Shown here: positions 13,751 to 25,100 of the stretch, in pieces
How the letters are laid out: the number at the start of each line of letters is the position of its first letter
How positions within the stretch are numbered: position 1 is the stretch's first letter
Assembly: GCA_030248215.1 (NCBI GenBank)
Contig: JASANG010001737.1
Coordinates: 62,001 to 126,000, forward strand
Reading direction: 5' to 3'
Length of the DNA stretch: 64,000 nucleotides
DNA from: Enoplolaimus lenunculus
Taxonomy: Eukaryota
Notes under the pieces: model-generated
What the model was told of the DNA's origin: nothing
The model's database searches: none
Seen by the model: only the letters and a program-made list of their open reading frames with translations
Translations under genes and position numbers: made by a program

Positions 13751-14220
13751 GTGTCTCCGATACAGTTCCGAGGTTAGCACCTTCCATCCTCATCAGGACG
13801 CTCGCCTTTTAGTAGAATGACTCCATCAGCGAATGTTTAGACACACCTGTAAGCATGGATCATACTCCTTCGGCAAAATGGATCAAATCTTTAACGGTGT
13901 TATTAATATTAGGTTATCTCATTTCGTGGTGGACAGTTCTTCGGTAAAGGAAACGTAGGCATCGGTAGACCATGTAGGTTATGGGTGGATCACAAGATTC
14001 CTCAGCGCCCGTATGACGGAGCCTTGGCGACCGAAACCGCAACTGAGGCGTGACATTGAGCCTCCTGCGGATGCGGTATTTCATAAATGTCACATATCGC
14101 GGACCATATCAAGATATCAGCCTGACACTAAATTGGTCTATTCGGATTGATATAATACACAAATTACGTCTTGCTTCTCGGTCGCTTGACCCGCAAGATG
14201 TACACCTGGCTGGAGGCTCA
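13751..14220 (-). mobile_element. Decayed Penelope-like element 3' end (GIY-YIG remnant + hammerhead-like motif)
   Basis: Broken minus-strand frames give RCTSCG, RYVTFMKYRIRRRLN, PNINN and ILPKEYDPCL, followed by CTGATGAGG...CCTCGGAAC...ATCGGAGAC. Confidence 0.5.
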
Positions 14221-14879
14221 TAGTTCTACACTCAGTCCGGCGTAAAAATCAACCAGGATAGGAAAAATGGCTCGGAAGATAACTGGCGGAAACAAGCACC
14301 GGCAACTTTCTACCGGAAAATCATGGATCCACCACTGAGCAACAATGGGCTGAGTTGAGATGTTTTCGTTTAAATTTGAGTTGTGCCGCACACTTTTTCA
14401 GGTCGTTTTGCTTCGCCATTGGCCAAAATAAAGATGCAGGATAGAGTTTATGTGGATTGTGGCTACAGTGCCGGCGGAAGCGCTCCCAGTCCCCCAGTTG
14501 GGGGGCATCATCTTAGCGAATTGAAAATTTTTTTCAGGAAGTTATAGAGTTGCGCAACATTTGATTGGGGTTCGTCGGACCTGTTTTCGAAGGGCGGCTA
14601 TCCTAACGCCGGACTTGTTTGGTTACCACCGCTTGAAGCAAGTTCCGCTTACAAACCCAATGCGTATGGCTTGTCGCTTGCTTTGATCACAAATTTTTTA
14701 TTTTTTACCTTGAATTAACTCTTTGTTGCTTTTATGTTTCGTATACCCACATTGCTTGCGAAAAACGAAACCCCAGCGTTGAAACGTAACAACAAATGTC
14801 TGGTAAGACACAACTGAAAATGATTTTAATTCTAAGTTAAGCAGAACCATAAGAAGCCGTTTACGAAAATTTTCCTGTA

Positions 14880-15045
14880 AATGCGGTGTGTCAGTCTGGT
14901 TAGGAACCGGGACATCAGACCTTTTGACTGAGCAGGTGGAAAAGTGGGCCTCCAGAACAGGGATCGAACTCTCAGCCTACGGATCCTTAGGCGAACACTC
15001 TACCACTGCACCACGTAGCCCGCCTCTCCAACTGCATTTTTTTCG
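14880..15045 (-). mobile_element. tRNA-derived SINE-like repeat
   Basis: Minus strand GGGCTACGTGGTGCAGTGGTAGAGTGTTCGCCTAAGGATCCGTAGGCTGAGAGTTCGATCCC (A and B boxes) plus a body shared with the 17909 copy. Confidence 0.7.
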
Positions 15046-16770
15046 TACGTACGGTTTACTGGTTTCAAACTTTTCGTTACAATGACTGTATTGTATATCT
15101 AAGCTTGACACTACAAGATACGCCGTAAAACGGTATGAGCTGGAAAGCGTCTCTGACATTTACCACTCGATCCCGCTGGATAATTCCTAAATCATAACGA
15201 GCCAATGAGGGGGAATGCAATTTCAAAATGAAATCTAGGCTTTCCCCTTATCTCATTCTTGGTTGATTTAACTGTCAGTAATTTAATATCTATAATTAGC
15301 AATTTTAACTTGAATTTGGCATCTGTGTTTATGAATGAATAATTTTCGGATTAAAATTTCTGAAAGGAAGTTATTATATTAACGCAGGCAGTAACCTTTA
15401 CAGGTCAAGTACATTTTGGCATTATAAAGTGCTGAAATTTTAAATTTCAATTAAAAATTCGTCTTGTAATCTTTAAATAGTTGTTACTCCAATTTATTCA
15501 CTGGCGAATCGAATGGGCCTCGTCCAGTCTTTAACCCCCCATCAGGTTTAAAAAACTAAAAATTTGATTAAGATATAGGCTAAATTTACGTTTGGCTTTT
15601 TGTTTGCGAGGAGTTTTGAATTATTCTACATCATACTGGCTCCTGTGCAAATTTTTAAATCCACCACAGGGTGTATTAGATATTTTTACAGTTGTGTCTA
15701 AACGACACTTAGTCTCTGTAAGAAATTACAAATTTTCATTCATGATATTAATAATCGGGTTAATTATGTATAATTTCTCTGTATATACGTCTGTTGGAAA
15801 TATATATACGTGGTTCATTATGGCCAAAAATGGCGTCTGTACATATCTTGTGCTATATGTATATCATAGACGAACGAAAATAGAAGGTGTTGTCTCTGAT
15901 GAATTTTTATCATCGATAAAAAATTTCATTTTCTTGAATACTCGAAAAACACCTGATCCCCATATGTATGCCATTCAAAAACGTTTGGTACTTCGCTTGC
16001 TTGCTCTATATATACACATAAGGATATACGAGAATATAATTTGTAGTTGAACAATTAGCCATACGCTGTCGGTTCACTCTTTATGTGGCCCGGTGTGGCC
16101 AATATTGGTGTCTGTCCGGTCATCCACCCCAGTCGGTGTTTGCTCAAACATAGTTGCATTGTTAAAATTTTTAACAAATTTGTGCTTCTCATGACCTCGC
16201 CTGATCAACCCATGCCCAAATTGACATTGTTGAATAATTCGATTTTTTAAGGTGCCGAGGTTTGTCGTTGGGACTCAAAGAAAGATTTTGTCTAAAAGTT
16301 TGATAAACTGTGTTACCATTCTACGAAGGTTACGGATTAAAGTCGATTAATGTTAAAGTTTTCGCAATCAAACGTTAGGCTAACGAATTATGGTCAAATA
16401 ACTGATTTGGCATCGTCGCCGTCCCAAATGGCTGCCAGTGTCCCATATCAGTTATTTGACAATTACTCGCTAACCAGACATCTGATTGCGAATAATTTAG
16501 CACCATTCGACTCCAGCACCGCAACCTGCGTCGAATACTGCATAGTTTGTCTAAATTTTTGACAAAAAACTTTTGGGTGACAAAGAGAGACCCGGGGAGC
16601 TTAAAAAAATCGAAATTTTCAAAAATATCAATTTGGGCGTATGATAATTAGGGGAGATCATGACAAGCTCAAATATGTAAAAATTTTCAAAATCCAACCA
16701 TTTTTGGGCAAACACCGGCTGTGGGATAACCGAAAAGACCCCAATATTGTATTGCGCACTCTGTAAATAT

Positions 16771-16847
16771 CAGGGCGCAACCGGAATTTCGGTTCCGGCA
16801 TTTTATCACCTTCCGGTTCCGGTAATTGTAATTCCGGTTGCACCCTG
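16771..16847. mobile_element. hAT-type MITE family B (77 bp)
   Basis: TIR CAGGGYGCAACCGGAA; perfect TSD GTAAATAT. Confidence 0.85.
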
Positions 16848-17908
16848 GTAAATATTGCTAATTTACCTCAGCCCCACATACTTTTTGTTTCGCAATCCTG
16901 CGAATTACTGGTTGCGAATGTAAAAGCACCCCCGCGATTTAGTAAATCTACAGTTATATCTTAACCCTTATTTATAGAAAACGTTGAATAGCGTTTACAA
17001 GTTCAACACTGGGTGACTATAAAATAGTTCATTGCTAATCAGCTAAAATATTTCCACGCTAAGCGGAGCGTGGGTGATCAGTAGTGGTATATCTAAATTT
17101 GGACCTGTGCATACAGGATTTCATTTCATGAGGGTGTAACTTTACAACAATGATTTTTACGAGCGATGTTATCAAACACTTAAAATTTTTACGTCTCTGT
17201 AAGATCGTTTATTAGTTCTAAAGCCACAAACAGTCAGAATTTTTGATTTCTTCATGAATCTCGGTGGGAATATATCGTTGGCTTACACCTGCATTGTATT
17301 ATAACTTGCACGACCAAAGTACAATGGGACGTTGCTCAACTTACGTATAGTTTCACCGCAAATGACTGCTAAAAAGTTAACGACAGAGCCTAAAATCAAT
17401 TCTATATTTTGGACATATTTTGTTATTTTCGTAAATTTTTTTTGCTGCGACCCCTGAACTAACAATTCCTGGTTGCGCGACTGATAACCTGATGTTATGC
17501 ATCACACAAACTAACCTTTGCTAATGTTTATTTGAACTGCGCTCAAAGCATTGTTGTTTTCAGCCAAAAATTAATGTTTAAATGTACTTTTTCGCCACTG
17601 AATTCAGTGAAGCGTTTCAGCCTTTTGATCCGTATACGTCGGCCGGCAGTGTGTTTGGTTACACATTTTACTGATAGGAAGCTGTTAGATGGTTGTCGTA
17701 ACAGAAAACCTTATGGTTACAACATTTTGGCTCCGTTTCAACAAAGAACGTCGTGTAGCCACGAAAAGCAAACAGCATCTGCAACCTCGAAATAAGAAAC
17801 TTTATTGTAAGCATGTGATACGTGCTTGTACTGGTGTATATGTAAATATACAATGCATACTGTATAGCATGCTTGCTGGCAGTATACAGTCGACACATAT
17901 AGTTGACG

Positions 17909-18070
17909 GAAAAAGTAGTTGGAGAGGCGCGCTACGTGGCGCAGTGATATAAAGTGTTCGCGTAAGGATTCGTAGACTTGAAATTCGATCCACGCTTTGC
18001 TGCCCCGTTTTTCAAACTGTTTAGTTACGAAAATCTGAAGTGCCGGTTCCTACCTGGACTGACCGCAATT
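17909..18070 (+). mobile_element. tRNA-derived SINE-like repeat (more decayed copy)
   Basis: AGTTGGAGAGGCGCGCTACGTGGCGCAGTG...TTCGATCC...CCGGTTCCTA aligns with the 14880 copy. Confidence 0.65.
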
Positions 18071-19966
18071 AGCAAAGGGATTCGAAAATCGGATGAGTTA
18101 AAAAGTACTTGCCTGAGGATTTTAAGCGCTCAAGAACAAAAAATATTCAACTGGGCAACGGTGAAATTTGCATTGTGGGACTGGAACGGAACTTATCAGG
18201 CGTCCATTTTACATACCTTAACTTAGTAGACGTGGACAATAGTGTTCATGCCAAGCCACACGGTTCTATTGTGACAGCGATGAAATCAACACAAACCGTG
18301 CGAGCGGATACCCGGTTCCGGTTTCATATTCGGCAAAAACTGATATCCGAACCCGTTTCCGGTATCCGGTATAAATCTATCGGATACTAGATATTACGGA
18401 TGTGGTACCGATTATCATAGAATGCTTTTTACAAGTGGCATGTCTGGGTAGGTCAACAAGTTACATTTTTGATGCGTTTTGAGCTTCTGCATTAAATAAT
18501 TTCAATTTATCTACAATGATTATGAACTGTAACAGACGAAAACCTTGAGCACGCTAAATAATACAGCGGAAAAATAAATTATTTTAACGTTGTACAATAT
18601 CCGGTATTCGGTTCCTGATCCAGTAAAAAGTTCGATATCCGTATCCTGTTCCGATAGTCGGTAAATTAGTATCCGATCGCACCCCGAATATAAGTATATA
18701 AATATAAATAAATAAAAAAATAAAAAAATAAATAAATAAATATATATACATATATATTTGTATGTTTTATATGAAAAAACGGTTTTATAAACCATTCGGT
18801 ACTGTATTTGGCTGCTGCTATGTTTTCGCTTAGCGCCTTTCTATATCTGCTTGTACGACACTTTTATTTTTGTCTGGTTTCACTTCAACAGCTCTAGGTG
18901 TCCTTTGTCGTTTTTAGCTAAACCTGATCTCTGCGTTTGATTTTGCCCAGATGTGTGTATCTAAAAGCGTCGTGTAGTAGCTTAATAAAGATAACACAAT
19001 TTCAAGCATACTGCTAACAGCGGGAACCTTCAAAGAGGGCAAGTGAGAGTCTGATAACCCTGGTTATTAGCGATCAAAATGGTTTCCCTCTATCATTTAA
19101 AGTCCCCTCACATTGTCGATGTTAGCGGTCCTAACTGGCCGCCAACCTCAAGTTCAATTGATGTGACACTCAGATTGGAACGACAAGCAAGGGCGTTGCG
19201 AGAACTTTAGTTTTTTGAGGATATAAACGTCATGTAAGAAATTTTTCCGAAATCTACGAGGCAGAGGTACAATTTTGACTGAATTTCAGACGTACAAAGC
19301 TGTAGTTTTATAGGTTTTGCTCAACTTGAGAACGATCATCGTTTGTAAGTATGACGTCGCACTTAAATGGAGGTTTCAGAGACCCAGCCATTATGCCGTT
19401 TATTTTTGGTTTATCTGTCAATCAGCTCAGCCTCGTTTATTGCCCTGTATACCTAATCCCAAAATCCCTTCATTTTAGGCGAAACTTTTATTCTGGACAC
19501 TTTAGCCGCAGATGCGAACAGAGATTGCGCCGTCTTCTTAACCCGAGGGCGAGATTCATTTTATCATTTATCTCTGTTGCAGTGGCGGATCCAGAAGTTA
19601 CTAAAAGGGGGTGGGTACGCGCAAGATATAACAGTGAACAAAAATTTGCGAGCATTGCGAACTAGAAGCCGAATACCATTTTAGTGGTTAACCTTGATGC
19701 TAAATTTTGATTTTGATATCAGTTGGGGGGTTAGGCCGACTATCTGTTAGTCCTCTAATCATTTCATGATAAACACGGGAATAAAGCAATCAGATAGGAC
19801 TGCAACTACTGGGGGCGTCGCACATTTACTATGTTTTGATTTTGCAAATTTGAGTGTAGTCTGTGTATCATTTTGGAAGGGTATTACTTTAAATGACGAA
19901 CGCAGAGTTACTTTAACCAGTGTTGCGAGGTAGACAATTTTCGGGCGTTTTAAATGCAGTGACAGT

Positions 19967-20127
19967 CATGCCGGTAGCCAAGTTGGGCTCAGGTCAACCT
20001 GGAGAAATTTTGTCTCACCTAGAAATTTTGTTAACCTTGCTTGTGGATCATTGAAAATCATTATATTCCCCTCATGAAACATTTTTAGCCCCCCACCCCC
20101 AAGCAAAGTAAGCTGGCTAAGGGCATG
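19967..20127. mobile_element. hAT-type MITE family A
   Basis: CATGCC...GGCATG termini; TSD GTGACAGT/GTGACGGC. Confidence 0.72.
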
Positions 20128-21673
20128 GTGACGGCACATATTTTTTGTCACGTCGACAGATTTAGTTGCTGTTTCTATTTATCCTGTACACCATCACCCT
20201 TGTAATCACACCGGTCTTGGCCTGCATTATTTCTATTCAAGTATAAATACTCAACATTACCGACATTTTGTTTGCTTCTAAAATTTTTTCTTGACGCCAT
20301 TATGGTACCAGGTATTGGTTCCCAGGCTCGTAGCTATTAAGTCGCTATTGTTAGCCGGAGGTAGATCCATTGATTAAGAAAGCCCTTAATTGTAGCATGA
20401 ATTGTTGAAATTTTGTTTGTTCTTTCCAAAATTTTTTTCTTGTCCTCAGCATTGTTTCTTCTTAAGAGTTGCTATGTATTTTATTGCAATTCGTACTTAT
20501 AAAAGCATTTCATTGTAGCATATTTGAGTTGCATGTTGAACTATAAGAGGCTTGAGGCTTTAAAACGTGATACTATTTTAAGTTGTTTTCACAATGCAAC
20601 AATGGCGTGACCAAAGCTTTCTTACCACATGACAATGTAACCATTAATCACATGAAAAGCAATTGATTTATTTCTGTTTGTTTGGTTGTATCTGAACTGA
20701 GCGTTGTCGAGATATACCGACTAAGCTCATTCCCTGTTTTAGGTTCGTAACCAGCCCAGTACTTGAATGGGGGCGTGTGGTGCGAAGGAAGGAGATTAGG
20801 CTGTTTTCGTATAACGCTCCATTTTGTCACGTGTTTACCCTTATCTTATGACACATTTTGTGGCAAGGGTAAATTTTATATCGTGAACGGCGTATCGTTT
20901 ACAAACGGAAACAAACTGTTGAGCGGCATGGTTTTTATAGGGATTCTGAGTTGGCCCTTGGCAACTTGGTAAGCATGTACAAACAACAGACGTCGATATA
21001 TAATTTCAAAGGAGGCAAGCGGGTATGAAGCGTAATTTACAATCCTGAGCAAATAATTTTTGGGGATCGTCGTCAAAAATGTTTGGAGATGTCGAGTCTT
21101 GTTTAGGATGCTTGGTTACGGGCTCACCCTGTGAAGAACCAGTAATTTTTCCTCGACCGTAGAAACAGTGAAATTTTGCGTGGTAGGCTATGGTGACCCC
21201 TACAAATATAACCAGGACATGGGCATAGCCGTGATTTCATTCTGAAGGGGGTTTGGTTATTGTAAAACTTGTTAAAAATGCTTTGTGTTCTCGTTGTTCC
21301 AGATATTCGGTGGAATATCGTTTCTTGCTCTTCGCGTACGCTTGTGAAAATCGCTAAGTGTTAGCGATTTTCAATATCTGCAATTTGCAATTATTTTAGA
21401 TTTTGATTTCCGTTATTAATAATACTTTAATCATAATTTAAATAGCATATATGCGACTCGATTGCTGTTTTAAGCAGGACCTCAGTAAGTTAGTCCGGCG
21501 AGGTCAATATTACACTCATCCTGTATCAAGCGAGGTATTGTCGAAGTTCATAGGTTTTCCGCCAATCTGGTTCGTATTGTAGATATCCCTCATCTTACCT
21601 AAACAATATTTACCCCCCTCCTGAAATTCCGAATTCAAGATTCTAGTATCTGTTTATCCCACTTAGAACAGCT

Positions 21674-22127
21674 ATGCCTGTTCTCAGATTTCTGCTTTTT
21701 GGGCTATTTTTACTTGGGCCGGCGACTAAAATAAGCACAGCGCAACTGGTTACACCACCCTTAGTCGACGCGTATAGGCAAGTGTTCCAGTTTGGTCAAT
21801 TCGGGGGCGATATAGGAGCATTTGTTCAAACGATGCGAACTGCGGCAACTTTCGACGGTTCCCAAATTGCGGACCGCATTCAGGCCGGCATGGCTGCCAG
21901 CGGAGGCCAAGGCCAACAAGGACCGAAAGCGTGTCAGGCGGTCCTTGCTAAATATTTCGGCCTTCGAGCACTTGGCCACAATCCGGCGTGCCAACGGGAT
22001 ATGATGGAGTTGGTATGTGGCATGCAAACGCTAATAGAATCAGCAAAGTTGCAATGCGCTCAGAATGATACAAGTTGTGTGATGCAAAAACAGCACGCAG
22101 TGCAAACGTATAATTGGACTGCGTATG
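21674..22127 (+). CDS. nrf-6-like exon 1 (signal peptide, start of NRF domain)
   Basis: ATG 21674, hydrophobic MPVLRFLLFGLFLLG, donor G|GTGAGT at 22128, phase 1. An acceptor-like CACTTAG ends at 21666 just upstream. Confidence 0.85.
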
Positions 22128-25100
22128 GTGAGTTTTTTAAGGCCGGGGTGCGGTCCGGAGTAATGAACGGTCCGCAGCCACAGAGGGGCCATAGAAGTTC
22201 AGCACTAAACAAATTTTGTTCTGACTAGAAACGTTTTCGCACCAATTGAATGTCACGCAATTGTCACATATCTCTCATAACATTTTGGGCCTTCCTAACA
22301 TGTTGAGCTGATGGGGTGCAAGGGTCTTAATTTTGTACAGAAATACATACAACACCGAAAATGAAATATATTACTTATGGAATTTCTGTCACGGATTTGT
22401 TTAAAAAACCGGCTTGGCTAGATTGTCTGGCTGCTATGGGCAGTGGTGGGGGGGGGTCTAAAATTTTCAGAACTGGCATACAAGGGTTTTCGTTGACTGA
22501 CAGGCAAGGTTGAAAAGTTTCTGGGGGGAGGGCAAACTTGGACTGCCTCGGCTACGTGTCCGGTCTCTGAGTGTAAAAGTAATTGTAAATTTTTTCGAAT
22601 TGGTTTCAGTTATTGACGCATCTGGAGCAAAGGACGCCGGTTCGCTTGAAGGCAACCAGTTGTGGTATGGAACTTATCGCGAGTGTATGGATATGGAGTC
22701 GAAGATGCCACGATACGACCCTGAAAGCAACGATACAACTACGATTAAGTAAGAAACAAATTGTACAGCGTCGGATTCAATGCAGTGCCTGTATTCTCAA
22801 TTGTGCGTGTAGTATCTATCACCGGTTGTGCCAATGTATAGAACAGGGCCGGAACAGTAGTATAAGCATATTCCTAAGCCTAAGCCTAAGCCTAACCGTG
22901 TGGATGAGCCAATTCCTAAGCCTAAGCTTAAGCCTAAGCCTAAGCCTAACCGTATGGATGAACCTATTCCTAAGCCTAAGCCTAAGTCTAAGCCTAAGCC
23001 TAACCGTATGGATGAACCTATTCCTAAGCCTAAGCCTAAGCCTAACCGTATGGATGAGCCAATTCCTAAGCCTAAGCCTAACCGTATGGATGAGCCAATT
23101 CCTAAGCCTAAGCCTAAGCCTAAGCCTAACCGTATGGATGAACCTATTCCTAAGCCTAAGCCTAAGCCTAAGCCTAAGCCTAAGCCTAAGCAAAAAAGTC
23201 TAAAGCTTAAACTGACTCTATTACAGCCCCAGCGGCAAACCGATCCGGTACTGTTCTATACATGGGCCACCAGTTGTTGCCTTGTAACTGAACAATCATT
23301 GTATGACAAGGTTAACTCATTTTTATACTTGAATTAACCTAATTTACTGATTTAAATTTTAAAATATCCCAAAGGTCGCTTGTTTGAAAGCGCATTACTA
23401 TAATTGGCGATAGGTGTTAGACACAGTTGAGAGTACAGCTCCAGATTTCTGGTTGGGTGTTGCCACTGCTCCTAGATTTCTGTGAAGGAACAAAGAGCTT
23501 TTGTACCTTTTCGACGCTCGTCATCAGATCCATTCCCACTAACCGGCTAAACATGCTAAGGGCTCCACACAGCAATTCTAGGATGGGTATTCGGGGATTT
23601 CGCAAGACGATTAACAAACCAAGGTACAACACCCCTACGGGCCCAGAATTTTTAGGGGGGTTTGAATCTCCCTGGCTTCACCGCTACATACGGGCCTGCT
23701 GCTCACTAGTTTCGATGTGAACTACGTAAGCTCAGATCCGTGGCCATAGACGGGCCAGGTGGGTTTAGCTCTGCCTTAGAAAACGTTCAGGCCAAACTTG
23801 TAAGCTTGCCATAATCGAATGCATCTTCTAGAACTGTTTTGCCTCCCTAGAAGTTCAAATGCCTACTGGCTTACGCAAGCTAAACAACCCAACTCGTTGA
23901 AATTTAGTAAATCATCATATTCCTATTCATATACGTATATTTCTGCTTGTTTTATTTCATTTTATTTTCCAATTTCATGAAAATCACAATTTCTGAACAG
24001 TGGACTCGATACAAAAGCCATAAGATTTCAATTTCAGAATCAACTACAAGCCTCGTTACTGTACAGTGACCTACAGTAATGGTATTTCGCGAACAAAAGC
24101 ATTGGCGAACACTTGCATCAAAACCTTTTATTATCCGGATATGGATCCGGTTATGTCCAGTGAACCGGTAAGTAGTCGAGATATTTGCTGATTGTAAAAT
24201 GCTGGCCACACCTGTGTCTGTTTATCACAGATTCTTAGCTAAACTACAAAATCCTATTTAAACGAGCAAGCAAGTTTTTACAGCGAGAGTTTTCAGGTGG
24301 AAATTGTAGCTGCAAGTTTTGTTCGTAAACCTGCTCACAAAACTTGCAGCTGCACGCTCGTTCTAGATGCAAAACGCTATCACTTTCAAATTGCAGCTAT
24401 GAGCTGTTGCTGCAAAAACTTGCATGTGTAAATAGTGCTTTAAGAATGATTTTATCGAATTATAATTTTTTTACAGGGTTGTGGTTCCATTGATCGCATC
24501 GTACGAACAAAAACTGCAACATGCCTTCCTGCGACGTGCCATGCAAACGATATTGCAATAATGGTTCGACATTATATTAACGCTACCGGTAAGTAATTGC
24601 AGTCACATATACATGGTGGGGAATGACTCTTGTACCCTCCCCTGCATTTGATATTAAAGCTGAGACTTAAACTCAGGCTTAGGTTTAGGAAAAGCCTTGG
24701 GCAACGTTTTAGACTTCGACACAGGTAAACCTTATTTCTTGGGTATATATTTCCTGGCTCTTCGGGTGCATTTTTATTCCCGCATTTACTCTTGGTTTAG
24801 GCTTACGCACAGGTAAACGTTGGCTCATATTCTCAAATATCTGTAGCAAATATCATCAGTTAGTGATACGTCTTGTAGCTTTGACAATTTTTTTCTAGGT
24901 GCCAATTCAAAAATGTGTCTTGCCGACGAACAATTTGTTGACTGCGCTGATGAGTACAGAGTATCTGATTCGCCGGGTGCAATTGCAATGTTGTAAGTAA
25001 CTCATGTTGCCTAGTTCGAGCAAAGAGCTACCAGCGCTATCCAATTTTATTTTGTAGCGTTGTTCAAATGTGCAAGTTTTTATAGCGAGATCATGTGGCT

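Noticed and set aside
14000..14048. Plus-strand hammerhead-like fold CCTCAG...CCGAAAC...CTGAGG
   Set aside because: Core reads CGTATGA rather than CTGANGA and there is no NUH site.
15592..16050. 152-aa ORF
   Set aside because: TTG start, AT-rich, no recognisable motif, overlaps repeat-like sequence.
22872..23192. CRISPR-like repeat/spacer appearance
   Set aside because: The spacers are near-identical and the variable part is telomeric hexamer count; eukaryotic intron, no cas genes.
22613..23337. ORFs of PKPKPK, LSLSLS and LRLRLR repeats
   Set aside because: Translations of the GCCTAA-based array inside an intronic MITE; all periods are multiples of 6, so frames stay open.
23495..23540. Minus-strand CTGATGACGAGCGTCGAAA hammerhead-like core
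   Set aside because: Stem II does not close properly and no stem I partner follows the candidate cleavage site.
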